Shown: in pieces, positions 1-8,993 of the stretch
Layout of the letters: each line of letters starts with the position of its first letter
Position numbering within the stretch: position 1 is the first letter of the stretch
IMG/VR virus record: IMGVR_UViG_3300042691_038490
Location: 30,860 to 94,859 of that record
Source of the DNA: a virus
Reading direction: 5' to 3' (one strand)
Length of the DNA stretch: 64,000 bases
The notes under the pieces: model-generated
What the model was told of the DNA's origin: nothing
Seen by the model: the letters and a program-made list of their open reading frames with translations, nothing else
Database searches by the model: none
Position numbers and translations under genes: made by a program

Positions 1-249
1 AATGATCAGTATTCTCTTGAAATTCCTCTTGCAGGATTTAAGAAAGAGAATATTGATATTACTACAAATCAAGAATATCTAACTGTTAGGGCAACTAGAA
101 AAGAAGGCAAAGTAAAATATGAAAAGTCTTTTTACTTGCCTAGAAAAGTAGATCTTACCGAAGTTAAAGCAAAGCATGAAGATGGTTTATTGACTATTAC
201 CTTTGGTAAAGAAAATAAAAAACTACAAAATAAAATCAAAATAGACTAA
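1..249 (+). CDS. Small heat-shock protein Hsp20 (5'-truncated by window)
   Basis: Frame 1 reads ...YSLEIPLAGFRKENIDIT...FYLPRKVDLTEVKAKHEDGLLTITF, an alpha-crystallin signature; stop TAA at 247-249. Confidence 0.9.
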   Translation, partial: NDQYSLEIPLAGFKKENIDITTNQEYLTVRATRKEGKVKYEKSFYLPRKVDLTEVKAKHEDGLLTITFGKENKKLQNKIKID

Positions 250-256
250 TAATAAT

Positions 257-287
257 CTTAGCGTCAAGTTCAAACCTTGGCGCTAAG
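257..287 (+). other. 12-bp hairpin capped by a tRNA T-loop-like sequence, downstream of hsp20
   Basis: CTTAGCGTCAAG-TTCAAAC-CTTGGCGCTAAG; no U-tract. Confidence 0.6.
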
Positions 288-368
288 TGTAATACTTTTA
301 TATGACACTAGCTTCTTGGTTAATTTGTGGTGCAGTTTTAGTTTATATACTTTATTTAAAAGAGAGAA

Positions 369-749
369 TTAAATAGCAGATATAGTAACTGTGCCAGACC
401 ACCCGCTCGCCCCATTATAGTTACCTTCTGGTCGAATCGTGGAGAAGTCTGGCGGCCCAACTCCTGAAAATTTAGCAAAGTTCGAAGATCCTCCAGCGAT
501 TAAGCTAATCAACCAAGGGAATCCACTATAGTATAGTTTATAAGTATCTGTCTCATCATAATAAACAGGTTGCCCACTATTGGTTAAACCACTGTCGTAA
601 AATCTTAAATTATTTATATCTGGCGATAGTCCTACGCCAGTAGCTTTGTATAAATAAGTTCTTGCTTGTGAAACAATTGCTTTTTTAGGAATATATAAAT
701 TTATTCCTCTTGTAAATGAACCTAATTGTTTTGTCCCCTTAACTCTCAT
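369..749 (-). CDS. Hypothetical protein, possibly virion-associated
   Basis: 126-aa Gly/Ser/Tyr-rich ORF; GTGTAA motif 10 nt upstream. Confidence 0.6.
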   Translation of the reverse strand: MRVKGTKQLGSFTRGINLYIPKKAIVSQARTYLYKATGVGLSPDINNLRFYDSGLTNSGQPVYYDETDTYKLYYSGFPWLISLIAGGSSNFAKFSGVGPPDFSTIRPEGNYNGASGWSGTVTISAI

Positions 750-766
750 TATTCTTAAATTACACT

Positions 767-1033
767 TTATTTATCAAGGTAGTCTTCTATGTCTTTTATT
801 AATTTTTTTCTTTTTCTACGCTCTAGAACTGTTACTAGTGTCGCTAAAGAGATCGGAAAAAAGAACCTAAGAAAAAATCCCATATGGTGCTCTTTAGTAA
901 GAAGGTCAAAGTGATTAAGGTAAAGATCGCTGAGTCCGTAAATTGTAAACAAAATAGCTGGAATAAAAACAATAAAAAAGAACTTCTCGTAATGTTCAAG
1001 ATTATTCCACCAATTTATTATTTTAGTAAGCAT
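767..1033 (-). CDS. Small two-TM membrane protein
   Basis: Two hydrophobic segments and a basic tail; GTGTAA upstream. Confidence 0.6.
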   Translation of the reverse strand: MLTKIINWWNNLEHYEKFFFIVFIPAILFTIYGLSDLYLNHFDLLTKEHHMGFFLRFFFPISLATLVTVLERRKRKKLIKDIEDYLDK

Positions 1034-1051
1034 ATCATAATTGCTTACACC

Positions 1052-1375
1052 TTAATATGGAGTAGCTTCTGGAGGGTTTGAATTTATATTACTAGAAACT
1101 GGAGGAATTTGAGTATCTATACTAGATTGCTCTGTTCCACTAGCTGTATCTAATTCTAGGCTTAAGGCTTCATCTAGATTTAATTCGCCATCACCAACGT
1201 TATATGTTGTAGATTTTCCATCCATCTCTATAACGATTGGAGTAGATTGACCATTGATACTTAAAATTATTTCACCCTTGTCGTTTCTTTTTATATTCAT
1301 TTTAATTTGATTTTCTGTATAGACATAAGTTGTCATAAGAATCGCGGCTAATATTAATAGTACTAATGTTTTCAT
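1052..1375 (-). CDS. Hypothetical exported protein
   Basis: N-terminal signal/TM; Pro/Ser-rich tail ending PPEATPY; overlaps upstream gene. Confidence 0.6.
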   Translation of the reverse strand: MKTLVLLILAAILMTTYVYTENQIKMNIKRNDKGEIILSINGQSTPIVIEMDGKSTTYNVGDGELNLDEALSLELDTASGTEQSSIDTQIPPVSSNINSNPPEATPY

Positions 1376-1611
1376 TTATTTATTTCTCCTGCTGATGTTT
1401 TAATATCTAAATTATTGTTAGTTTCTTTTAATACAATAGATAATCCACAAACTGCTGCGAGAACTAGTAGTAAAATAGCTAAAAAATTAGTTTTTCTTTC
1501 TTGCTGTTTCTTTGTTCTATATTGATTAAAATTTTGTATGAAAACCTCTGTTTCTTTAGAGGATGGTTCATAGTAATTTTTTTTTAATATTGCTCTCAAC
1601 TTATTATCCAT
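1372..1611 (-). CDS. Single-TM protein resembling small anti-sigma-like proteins
   Basis: MDNKLRAILKKNYYEPS..FIQNF then basic patch and TM; start moved to the MDNK ATG, which overlaps the upstream gene's 3' end. Confidence 0.4.
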   Translation of the reverse strand: MDNKLRAILKKNYYEPSSKETEVFIQNFNQYRTKKQQERKTNFLAILLLVLAAVCGLSIVLKETNNNLDIKTSAGEINK

Positions 1612-2401
1612 TTCTAAACATTCTCCTATAACCAATTACAGAAGATAATCCTATTAATGCTAAAGAAAAAGAAGATGGTTCTGGTATAACGCCTACATCA
1701 ACAAGCGAGTCTGCGACGTATAATTCTTCTACATAAACTGTTGGAGCTGTGGTTGCTGAACCTTGTCTTAAATTAATTGCAGAAATATTTAATGCTGGTT
1801 CTGCGCCTGTTGTTGAATTCCAATTAGATTGAATTTCTGTGGCTAACGATAGCCTATCATTAACGTTAGGATTTACATACAAACTAAAAGTATCATTTGC
1901 TGCTCCAGCTACTATATCCCAAGCAATAACAATTGAATATAAAGTATTTAGATCAAGCACAGAGCTACCCCATACTGTAAGTGATCCCGTTCCAGATGTT
2001 GACATTAATCCTAAATTAAATCCAGAACCAGAAGCTCTTACAAATAATCTTTGATAAAAATTAGAACTTGTTCCTGCTGGGTCTGATAAACTAAAAAAGT
2101 AATCACCATTCGCTTGAGCATTAACTACAGAAAGATCAATTCTTGTATATAAAGTAGAGACATTTGCTTTTACAGCTTGTGTTTGAAAAGATTTCCAGAC
2201 ATCTTGTCCAGTTGAGCCAACTACTATTTTACCATTAAAATATTGAACTGGATTATTACTCGCAGTAGAAGTTTGATTCCACCCGTTTTGTCCTACTAAA
2301 TTTGCATCAATATAATTTGTATTTAAAGTATCAACAAGAAATGTTGCTGCGTTTATATTAGAAGTTATTGCTATAATTAGTGTTGCTATTAGTTTTTTCA
2401 T
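1604..2401 (-). CDS. PEP-CTERM sorting-domain protein
   Basis: Signal peptide; C-terminal VIPEPSSFSLALIGLSSVIGYRR. Confidence 0.92.
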   Translation of the reverse strand: MKKLIATLIIAITSNINAATFLVDTLNTNYIDANLVGQNGWNQTSTASNNPVQYFNGKIVVGSTGQDVWKSFQTQAVKANVSTLYTRIDLSVVNAQANGDYFFSLSDPAGTSSNFYQRLFVRASGSGFNLGLMSTSGTGSLTVWGSSVLDLNTLYSIVIAWDIVAGAANDTFSLYVNPNVNDRLSLATEIQSNWNSTTGAEPALNISAINLRQGSATTAPTVYVEELYVADSLVDVGVIPEPSSFSLALIGLSSVIGYRRMFRNG

Positions 2402-3231
2402 AGATTTTTAATCTTTCTAATTAATATTAATGTTACCGCTCCTATCCCTAGCAGAGATGCAGCTGATGGCTCTGGAATACTAACAGCATCAAATGTTACA
2501 AGACTAAATGGAGCTATACTTTGAGTTCCATTTAATTGCCATACTGAAACCGTAAATGTTTCATTTGCTAGCGCATCAATCTCAAATACCGCCATATCAG
2601 GATTGCCATCTCTAGTTAATAATGAAGAAAAAACTGTTCCTGTTGAAGCGCTAAAAATACCTACGTAGTCTGGTGCATAAGTTCCAGAAGCGGCAGTATC
2701 AACAACTATACCAAATCTAAAAGTTGTTGGCGTACTTATAGTAAAATTAAGCGCAATACCAAAATATCCATTATTTGATCCAGACGGAGTGTTGTAAGCG
2801 CCATTATTGACTGATACAGATAGTGCGCCTTGTCTATATAAAGATGAACCATCTGGTCCTCTAAAAATAGGATACCCACCATAATTTACAAATGTACCTG
2901 CTCCTCCAGTCAATGAACTAACGAAAGACGGAGTTGAACTTAAAGAAGGATAAGAGCTACTATTTGTACCTAATAAATTACCAGATCCAGCTGATTCGCC
3001 TATGTTTGCTGCTCCTGGATCCCAAGGCATAGGACGTATTTGAACATATCCAGAAGAACCATATATGTCGCTTCCTATATCATAAGTTTTAGAAACGCTA
3101 GCATTAGACCAATTTTGAACTGTATAACCATTACTTGCATTTCCTGTTTCAGTTCCTACAAAAGTAATTGCAGACTTGAGGCTACTTGTTAATACTAATG
3201 TAGCTATTGCTATTGTTATTAATTTTTTCAT
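2398..3231 (-). CDS. PEP-CTERM sorting-domain protein
   Basis: Signal peptide; C-terminal SIPEPSAASLLGIGAVTLILIRKIK. Confidence 0.92.
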   Translation of the reverse strand: MKKLITIAIATLVLTSSLKSAITFVGTETGNASNGYTVQNWSNASVSKTYDIGSDIYGSSGYVQIRPMPWDPGAANIGESAGSGNLLGTNSSSYPSLSSTPSFVSSLTGGAGTFVNYGGYPIFRGPDGSSLYRQGALSVSVNNGAYNTPSGSNNGYFGIALNFTISTPTTFRFGIVVDTAASGTYAPDYVGIFSASTGTVFSSLLTRDGNPDMAVFEIDALANETFTVSVWQLNGTQSIAPFSLVTFDAVSIPEPSAASLLGIGAVTLILIRKIKNL

Positions 3232-3957
3232 TTATTTCCTTCTTAAGGCTCTAACTCCAATTAATAGTCCAAAACCTAATAACATTGATGACATTGTTGT
3301 TGGCTCTGGAACGATCTGAAGAGTCATATTATCTACATTAATTGCACCAGAACTATAATTTTGCTGTTGCATTTCTAATCCAAATTGAGCAACTGAAACA
3401 TCATTTGGCACAGTTACTGTGAATTCTCTATATGTCCAAGTATCTAAAGGAGTATTCTTTAAAGATACTAAAACAGATGCCCAATCATAATAATATGAAT
3501 AGTCTGAATTAAAAAACTTAGCATACATAAATGCATCTGTTGTTGTTTGTAATGGATCATAACTTGAGATGTATATATCCATAGAAAATTTAAGTTCTTT
3601 ACCTTGAATATATGGAATCCAGCCATTTGTTGGATCATACCAATCATCGTATATATAACTATTAGATGTTGTTACGTTTCCTGGACCCCAATACAATGGC
3701 CACATTTTACCTAATTTAGAACCACCAGGAGCCACAATATAAGTTCCTGGCTCACCTGTAGCTGGCGCACCATATATTGTATCTCCAGAATTTAATACCG
3801 CTGTATTAGCAGATGGGTATCCACTAAATCCTGTCCATGATCCATCTTCAAAATCTTCAACAAATAATATCTCTGATTTTAAAGAGGTTGCAGACATAAA
3901 AAAAGCCGCAGTTAAAATTGCGGCTGTGCTTCTTAGTATTTTTTTGTATATATTCAT
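3232..3957 (-). CDS. PEP-CTERM sorting-domain protein, possible carbohydrate-binding fold
   Basis: Signal peptide; C-terminal IVPEPTTMSSMLLGFGLLIGVRALRRK. Confidence 0.92.
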   Translation of the reverse strand: MNIYKKILRSTAAILTAAFFMSATSLKSEILFVEDFEDGSWTGFSGYPSANTAVLNSGDTIYGAPATGEPGTYIVAPGGSKLGKMWPLYWGPGNVTTSNSYIYDDWYDPTNGWIPYIQGKELKFSMDIYISSYDPLQTTTDAFMYAKFFNSDYSYYYDWASVLVSLKNTPLDTWTYREFTVTVPNDVSVAQFGLEMQQQNYSSGAINVDNMTLQIVPEPTTMSSMLLGFGLLIGVRALRRK

Positions 3958-4013
3958 AATCCTTGTTCCTTTTTGTTTGTAGACATCTTAAATTTTATTT
4001 TGTTCAAAGTTTT

Positions 4014-4544
4014 TTACTCCTTTATCCATGCTGTGGTTTTTTGATTATCATCATCAATAAGAATACTATTAAATACTATAGCTCTATATTTATCTTCTAT
4101 CCAATTTGTTATTCTTAGATGATATTCATTTTTATTTCCAGCAGCACCAACTGGCATAGTTCCATAATTACTATCGTAAATCCACAACATTCCTTTATAC
4201 TCAAAAACGCATACAGCATGACCATAGAATTTAGGTATGTTTACTGTATATTCAATTTTTGTTTTATCGAACTCTACATCTACTGTAAGATCAGCTTTAT
4301 AATGATATTGAAAAGCATAAATTTGCGCCCATGTATTTTCATTAGATAATATATAATTAGCATTAGAAGCAAAAGTAACAGAATCAACAAAACAAGAATT
4401 AGGCAGCTTAGATATGCTATGGTTTCTAGCTAAATTAAATCCTATTTTGAGTGCATAGTAAGCTATTATCCCATTTATTAAAAGTACTAGTGTTAGTTTA
4501 CTTTTCCATCCAAACCAATTGAATAAATTTTTAAGCTTATTCAC
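4014..4544 (-). CDS. Membrane-anchored transglutaminase/papain-like cysteine protease (putative)
   Basis: N-terminal TM; NSCFVDS...GHAVCVF...WIYD gives the Cys-His-Asp order. Confidence 0.55.
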   Translation of the reverse strand: MNKLKNLFNWFGWKSKLTLVLLINGIIAYYALKIGFNLARNHSISKLPNSCFVDSVTFASNANYILSNENTWAQIYAFQYHYKADLTVDVEFDKTKIEYTVNIPKFYGHAVCVFEYKGMLWIYDSNYGTMPVGAAGNKNEYHLRITNWIEDKYRAIVFNSILIDDDNQKTTAWIKE

Positions 4545-4580
4545 TATCTCCTTGGATTACACGCAGGAGTTGTATTTAAT

Positions 4581-5897
4581 TTATTTTTTATTTTTATAAT
4601 CTTGCAGACAAGATTTAAATTTAGATTTATCGTCGCCTTGTTTGGTAGGAATACATTCTTTTAAAAACTCGTTAAATTTTTGACCTTCAGTGACCATCAT
4701 TCCTTTATACTCTTCATCATCTTCCATATCATATTTTTCTTCTTTTTCATTTTCTGAAGCTTTACTTTTGCAGTGTTGCTTTTGACTAAAACCTTTTGGA
4801 TTATTACAGTCTATACTTCTTTTGTATTTCATGCTCCATTTAGCTTCTATTTTTTGTAATTGAATTTCTGTTTTACCAAGCATATCGCCTTTCTTCCAAG
4901 TAGCGCCATCATTGGTTGCTTCATAAATTACCGCATATCCCATATCTTCTGGAAGTTCACGAATCTCTTTGACGATACCTTCGCTACCATAGTGCTTGCA
5001 TTGAGCATTAACATTTTTTACTTTATCTCCAACTTTAAACATTGTTGCGCCTTCCATCTCTTCCATTTCTTCAGGTTCTTCGTCTTCTTTATTAAACATT
5101 ACATAGTTATGAATTGTAATCATATAGTCTTCTGCTAGGGCAGCCATAGATTGTAAAAATGGTTCAGTAAGATTTTCTTTTACCATTGGATCGTTAACTT
5201 TATCCATTACGTTCTTTGCGTGTTGATAGATAGAATTAATTGAACCAACGATCATGCCATAGAAATCTTCTTTATAATCTTCATATTCGTCTTCGATATC
5301 TTCCACTTCTTCAACTTGAGCAAGTGAAGGATCTAGTTTTAAAAGTTCTTCTTGATCAAATTCTGTTGTTCCGTCCCATTCATATTCTTCTGCTTGAGCT
5401 CTTTTGATCGCTTCTGGACTTGGACGATCTTTAGAACCTTCTGGTGCTGGGCGATAATTTTTACCCATTCTTTTTTTCTTTTGTTGTATATTGTACCAAA
5501 GCCCTTTGCTTTTTGCTTGAATATCTATCTCTAGTAAGGATTCAGTTTCTTTTTCCTCAGAAGATGCGCATCCTGGTTTTCCACAAGATCCTTTTGTATA
5601 TTGAGTAACAGATTTTCCAGCTTCCCACATTTTACAACTCCAGTATCTTGCTTTATACTTTGGACCTGGATTATCATCGCAAGAGTGACGGGAACGAAAA
5701 GCTTTACGACGAGCTGGATCATCACGACGAATCTCCATATTTGGATCACCAAATTTAACCATTACAATATTACCCTTATCGTTCTTTACATAAACACCAA
5801 ATTTCTTTTTGCTTCCTTGTGGAAGGCGGAATGGTTTATTTAATGGAGCTTTGCCCTTTTTAGCTGCTTTTAATTGCTCTGTAAAGTCTATTTCCAT
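4581..5897 (-). CDS. Modular phage protein, putative internal head polyprotein
   Basis: Modules KKFGVYV..VKFGDP..FRSRHSC..ARYWSC, GLWYNI..RP, FKVGDKV, WSMKYKRSIDCNNPKGFSQKQHC joined by acidic linkers. Confidence 0.6.
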   Translation of the reverse strand: MEIDFTEQLKAAKKGKAPLNKPFRLPQGSKKKFGVYVKNDKGNIVMVKFGDPNMEIRRDDPARRKAFRSRHSCDDNPGPKYKARYWSCKMWEAGKSVTQYTKGSCGKPGCASSEEKETESLLEIDIQAKSKGLWYNIQQKKKRMGKNYRPAPEGSKDRPSPEAIKRAQAEEYEWDGTTEFDQEELLKLDPSLAQVEEVEDIEDEYEDYKEDFYGMIVGSINSIYQHAKNVMDKVNDPMVKENLTEPFLQSMAALAEDYMITIHNYVMFNKEDEEPEEMEEMEGATMFKVGDKVKNVNAQCKHYGSEGIVKEIRELPEDMGYAVIYEATNDGATWKKGDMLGKTEIQLQKIEAKWSMKYKRSIDCNNPKGFSQKQHCKSKASENEKEEKYDMEDDEEYKGMMVTEGQKFNEFLKECIPTKQGDDKSKFKSCLQDYKNKK

Positions 5898-5898
5898 A

Positions 5899-6510
5899 TT
5901 ATATTAATGGTTCTTTAGCTAAGTTGGTTCTTTCCCAAGCTATATATCTTGGTGTTTCAGCACTATAAACATTAACATCACCAACGTAAGCTTGATCACT
6001 TAAGCTTCCACCATCTCCTGCATCTTCATAAGAGCAGCCAGCTAGAACAAAGTTAAAACTTGAATTACTTGCAGCACTACTTCCATACTTTACATAAAGT
6101 TTTCCAGTTGCTAAATTTTGTAAAAATAATTCTCTACGATATATATTATAATTTAATACTTTTGTGTTTGATGTTCCTACTGAATAGTTATTTATTCCTG
6201 TGCTTTGTTCTGGGAAATTTGTTACTGCATCAAATTGTTGAGTAAGATCTGCTTGGAAAACAATTGTACCTTGAACTCCCGCTGGATATGGATCGCCAGT
6301 GATAAATAGTTTATTGTCAATGCTTGTTGTTTCAGCTAATATTCCACTTAAATAAGAATTTGGGCCAAATGTTCCAGCTGCTCCAGTTAGTATATCCTCT
6401 ATGCTATCAAGTTTTCTCCAATCAAGACCTTTAAATCCTGTAAATCCAGGTTCTTCTGTGTAAACTTCTACTACATTTTTATTAAAATTTGGATCGTATA
6501 CATTACCCAT
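5899..6510 (-). CDS. Putative virion structural protein
   Basis: Shares N-terminal ~40 aa with 6554-7930; GTGTAA upstream. Confidence 0.55.
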   Translation of the reverse strand: MGNVYDPNFNKNVVEVYTEEPGFTGFKGLDWRKLDSIEDILTGAAGTFGPNSYLSGILAETTSIDNKLFITGDPYPAGVQGTIVFQADLTQQFDAVTNFPEQSTGINNYSVGTSNTKVLNYNIYRRELFLQNLATGKLYVKYGSSAASNSSFNFVLAGCSYEDAGDGGSLSDQAYVGDVNVYSAETPRYIAWERTNLAKEPLI

Positions 6511-6553
6511 AGTAAATATTATTACACTTTAAAAATAAAAAATATATTATAAA

Positions 6554-7930
6554 TTATCTAGTTTCTCGCCATTGTAAGCTTGCTAAGGTATTTGTTGAAG
6601 TATTGTTAGATGTAGACATATTCTTAAGTAAAATAGCAAAAATATTACTATCTGTACTATCTATATTTTGACTAATATAACCTCTCTTGGCAGATGTTAT
6701 ACTTCCTAGGTTTGTGGATGCTGATATTGTATTTCCTTGACCACCAGGAGCAACTGTAGTAAATCCAGCAGAAAACATATTAGCTCCAGCAAGATTATAT
6801 CCTGTTGCATTTATATTATATTCAACTACGCTAGTATCATCTGCGCTAACCCATGATCCACCAATTAATGATGCTCCACTTGGAAGGCGCCAAAATTCAT
6901 AAGAACAAGTTTGACTAACGCTATAAAGTTGTGATGTTCCTAATCTAACTACACTTCTATTTGGTTGACCAAAATATCCGGTTTTTAATCTAATTGCTAT
7001 AACTGGGATTGTAGTATTTTCGACAATATTTCTATAGCCAGTAGTTCTTGCAGCAAAATCTACTCCTGCTTCAGTATATCCACCTTCACTAAAAACTGTA
7101 GCGCAAATTTGATCCATCGAATCTGTACCCATTGAAGATGATCCAGAATAATTTCTAATTTCACAACGAACCGGAAGATTTGGATTGCTAATGTATACTG
7201 AATCTTTTAAATTACTATTATAAAATTCATGAGCTGTTACAAATTTTCCTTCATGAACAAATCCAACTCTTACTCTACCAACTCCAAGCCATTCATAGTC
7301 TGTCCAAAATAGTTGTGTTTTAGTTGGATTTAAATTAAATTGTGAAAATCCGTTTCCATTGCATGTATCAGTATTCCAATTGATTTGTGGAATTAGTTCA
7401 TTATATACATATCCAGAAACATTACTTCTTAATCCAAAATATAAACCTCCATCTCCACTTTGCATGAGGTATATGCCATTTTTATCATCGAATAGTCCAA
7501 TTCTTTTATTTGTTCCAGCTCTATATCCTGTAAAATTAAAACTTTGTAAACTTACTTGACTTTTTCCTGGCATATAGTGATGATACATTCTGCTTTGATG
7601 AATTGTAAAATCATTAGTTCCAGTTCCAACTTGTAATACTGCTTTTGCTTTTAAGATATCAAATGAGATAGAAGAATTATTTCCACTTGTTTTTGTTAAG
7701 AGTTCTGTTTCTTCACCATAAACGTGAGAATAGTCTGCTAGAGTAAATGGTTCTGAAACTCTCATTCTTCCAAATGCATCAATATTTGTTGCGCTAGAAG
7801 AATTTCTTAAAAGAGATTCAATATCATCCAATTTATTCCATTCTAAACCTTTAAATCCAGTGAATCCTGGTTCTTCTGTATAAACCTCAACAACATTTTT
7901 ATTAAAATTTGGATCGTATATGTTAGACAT
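6554..7930 (-). CDS. Putative virion structural (fibre-like) protein
   Basis: DAFGRMRVS and DYEWLGVGRVR motifs recalled from large-phage beta-rich structural proteins. Confidence 0.65.
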   Translation of the reverse strand: MSNIYDPNFNKNVVEVYTEEPGFTGFKGLEWNKLDDIESLLRNSSSATNIDAFGRMRVSEPFTLADYSHVYGEETELLTKTSGNNSSISFDILKAKAVLQVGTGTNDFTIHQSRMYHHYMPGKSQVSLQSFNFTGYRAGTNKRIGLFDDKNGIYLMQSGDGGLYFGLRSNVSGYVYNELIPQINWNTDTCNGNGFSQFNLNPTKTQLFWTDYEWLGVGRVRVGFVHEGKFVTAHEFYNSNLKDSVYISNPNLPVRCEIRNYSGSSSMGTDSMDQICATVFSEGGYTEAGVDFAARTTGYRNIVENTTIPVIAIRLKTGYFGQPNRSVVRLGTSQLYSVSQTCSYEFWRLPSGASLIGGSWVSADDTSVVEYNINATGYNLAGANMFSAGFTTVAPGGQGNTISASTNLGSITSAKRGYISQNIDSTDSNIFAILLKNMSTSNNTSTNTLASLQWRETR

Positions 7931-7935
7931 ATAGA

Positions 7936-8223
7936 TTAATTTGTATGATAAATAATAGAAACCAATCCTGAAGTCTCTACATAGAGGTCATCTCCTCCAC
8001 AATTTACTGTTGCTGGAAGATTATAATTACCTACTCCAACATATAAAATTACTGCACCAGATGCATCTTTTATTTTAAATGTAGAATTTGCTGTGCAACT
8101 AACTCCAAGAAGATAAATATTTTTACCATTTCCTGGAGAGCTTAAAATAACACCATTTCCACTTCTGCTTACAGATAGAGCTTCTGCCTCAAATCCTGTG
8201 TCTCTAAAAAAATACTTTGACAT
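7936..8223 (-). CDS. Hypothetical protein
   Basis: 95-aa beta-rich ORF; GTGTAA upstream. Confidence 0.6.
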   Translation of the reverse strand: MSKYFFRDTGFEAEALSVSRSGNGVILSSPGNGKNIYLLGVSCTANSTFKIKDASGAVILYVGVGNYNLPATVNCGGDDLYVETSGLVSIIYHTN

Positions 8224-8239
8224 ATAAAGCTATTACACT

Positions 8240-8971
8240 TTATTTTTTGCTATCTAGTTCTTCAAATTTTTCAATAATATAGGCTAATATATCATTTCTC
8301 ATAATATCATCTGTGCCAAACTTAAATGTCATAATACCTTTATCAGAACTTTTCTTATCATCAAAAAGGTTATATATTTTTTCAAATCCACTATTTTTAA
8401 TATCTGATTGTCTAATATCACCAATTAATATAAGTTTACTAAATTTACCCATTCTTGTGGTAATTAATAATAAATCATGTATGCTTAAATTTTGGGCTTC
8501 GTCACATATAATATAACTCGCATTAATACTTAGCCCTCGCAAAAATCCTACTGGTAATCCTTTAACTCTTTCCTCCTTCAATAACCTTTCGACTTGTCCC
8601 TTTGGTAATAATTCATGAAGTTTATCCATTAATGGTTGGAGATAAGGGTCTAGTTTACTATGAAGATCACCTTTAAGGAATCCAAGATTGTGGGTAGAAC
8701 TTTCTACTGGATTTCGGATATAAAAAATTTCACCTATCTTTTTACTATTTAAAGCCTGTAAAGCTGCGTATACAGAAAGTAAACTTTTTGCTGTTCCTGC
8801 TGGACCTTTACAGAATACTATTTTTGTATCTTTTGATTGAAGAAGTTGTATAAATTTCTTTTGATTATCTGTCCATTGTAATTCGCGAATATCTAAGAAG
8901 CCTTCAATTTTATCTCTTTGAGGAACTACTGGTGACTTATCTTCTATCTTACGTTTATTTTTTTTAGACAT
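8240..8971 (-). CDS. phoH: PhoH-family ATPase
   Basis: GPAGTAKS Walker A, LGFLKG, FLRG, ICDEAQN, GDIRQSD. Confidence 0.95.
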   Translation of the reverse strand: MSKKNKRKIEDKSPVVPQRDKIEGFLDIRELQWTDNQKKFIQLLQSKDTKIVFCKGPAGTAKSLLSVYAALQALNSKKIGEIFYIRNPVESSTHNLGFLKGDLHSKLDPYLQPLMDKLHELLPKGQVERLLKEERVKGLPVGFLRGLSINASYIICDEAQNLSIHDLLLITTRMGKFSKLILIGDIRQSDIKNSGFEKIYNLFDDKKSSDKGIMTFKFGTDDIMRNDILAYIIEKFEELDSKK

Positions 8972-8993
8972 TATTACTTACTTAAATATTACA

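Noticed and set aside
5899-7930. Diversity-generating retroelement TR/VR pair
   Set aside because: The repeat is N-terminal and in frame in both genes, differences are largely synonymous rather than adenine-specific, and no reverse transcriptase is present
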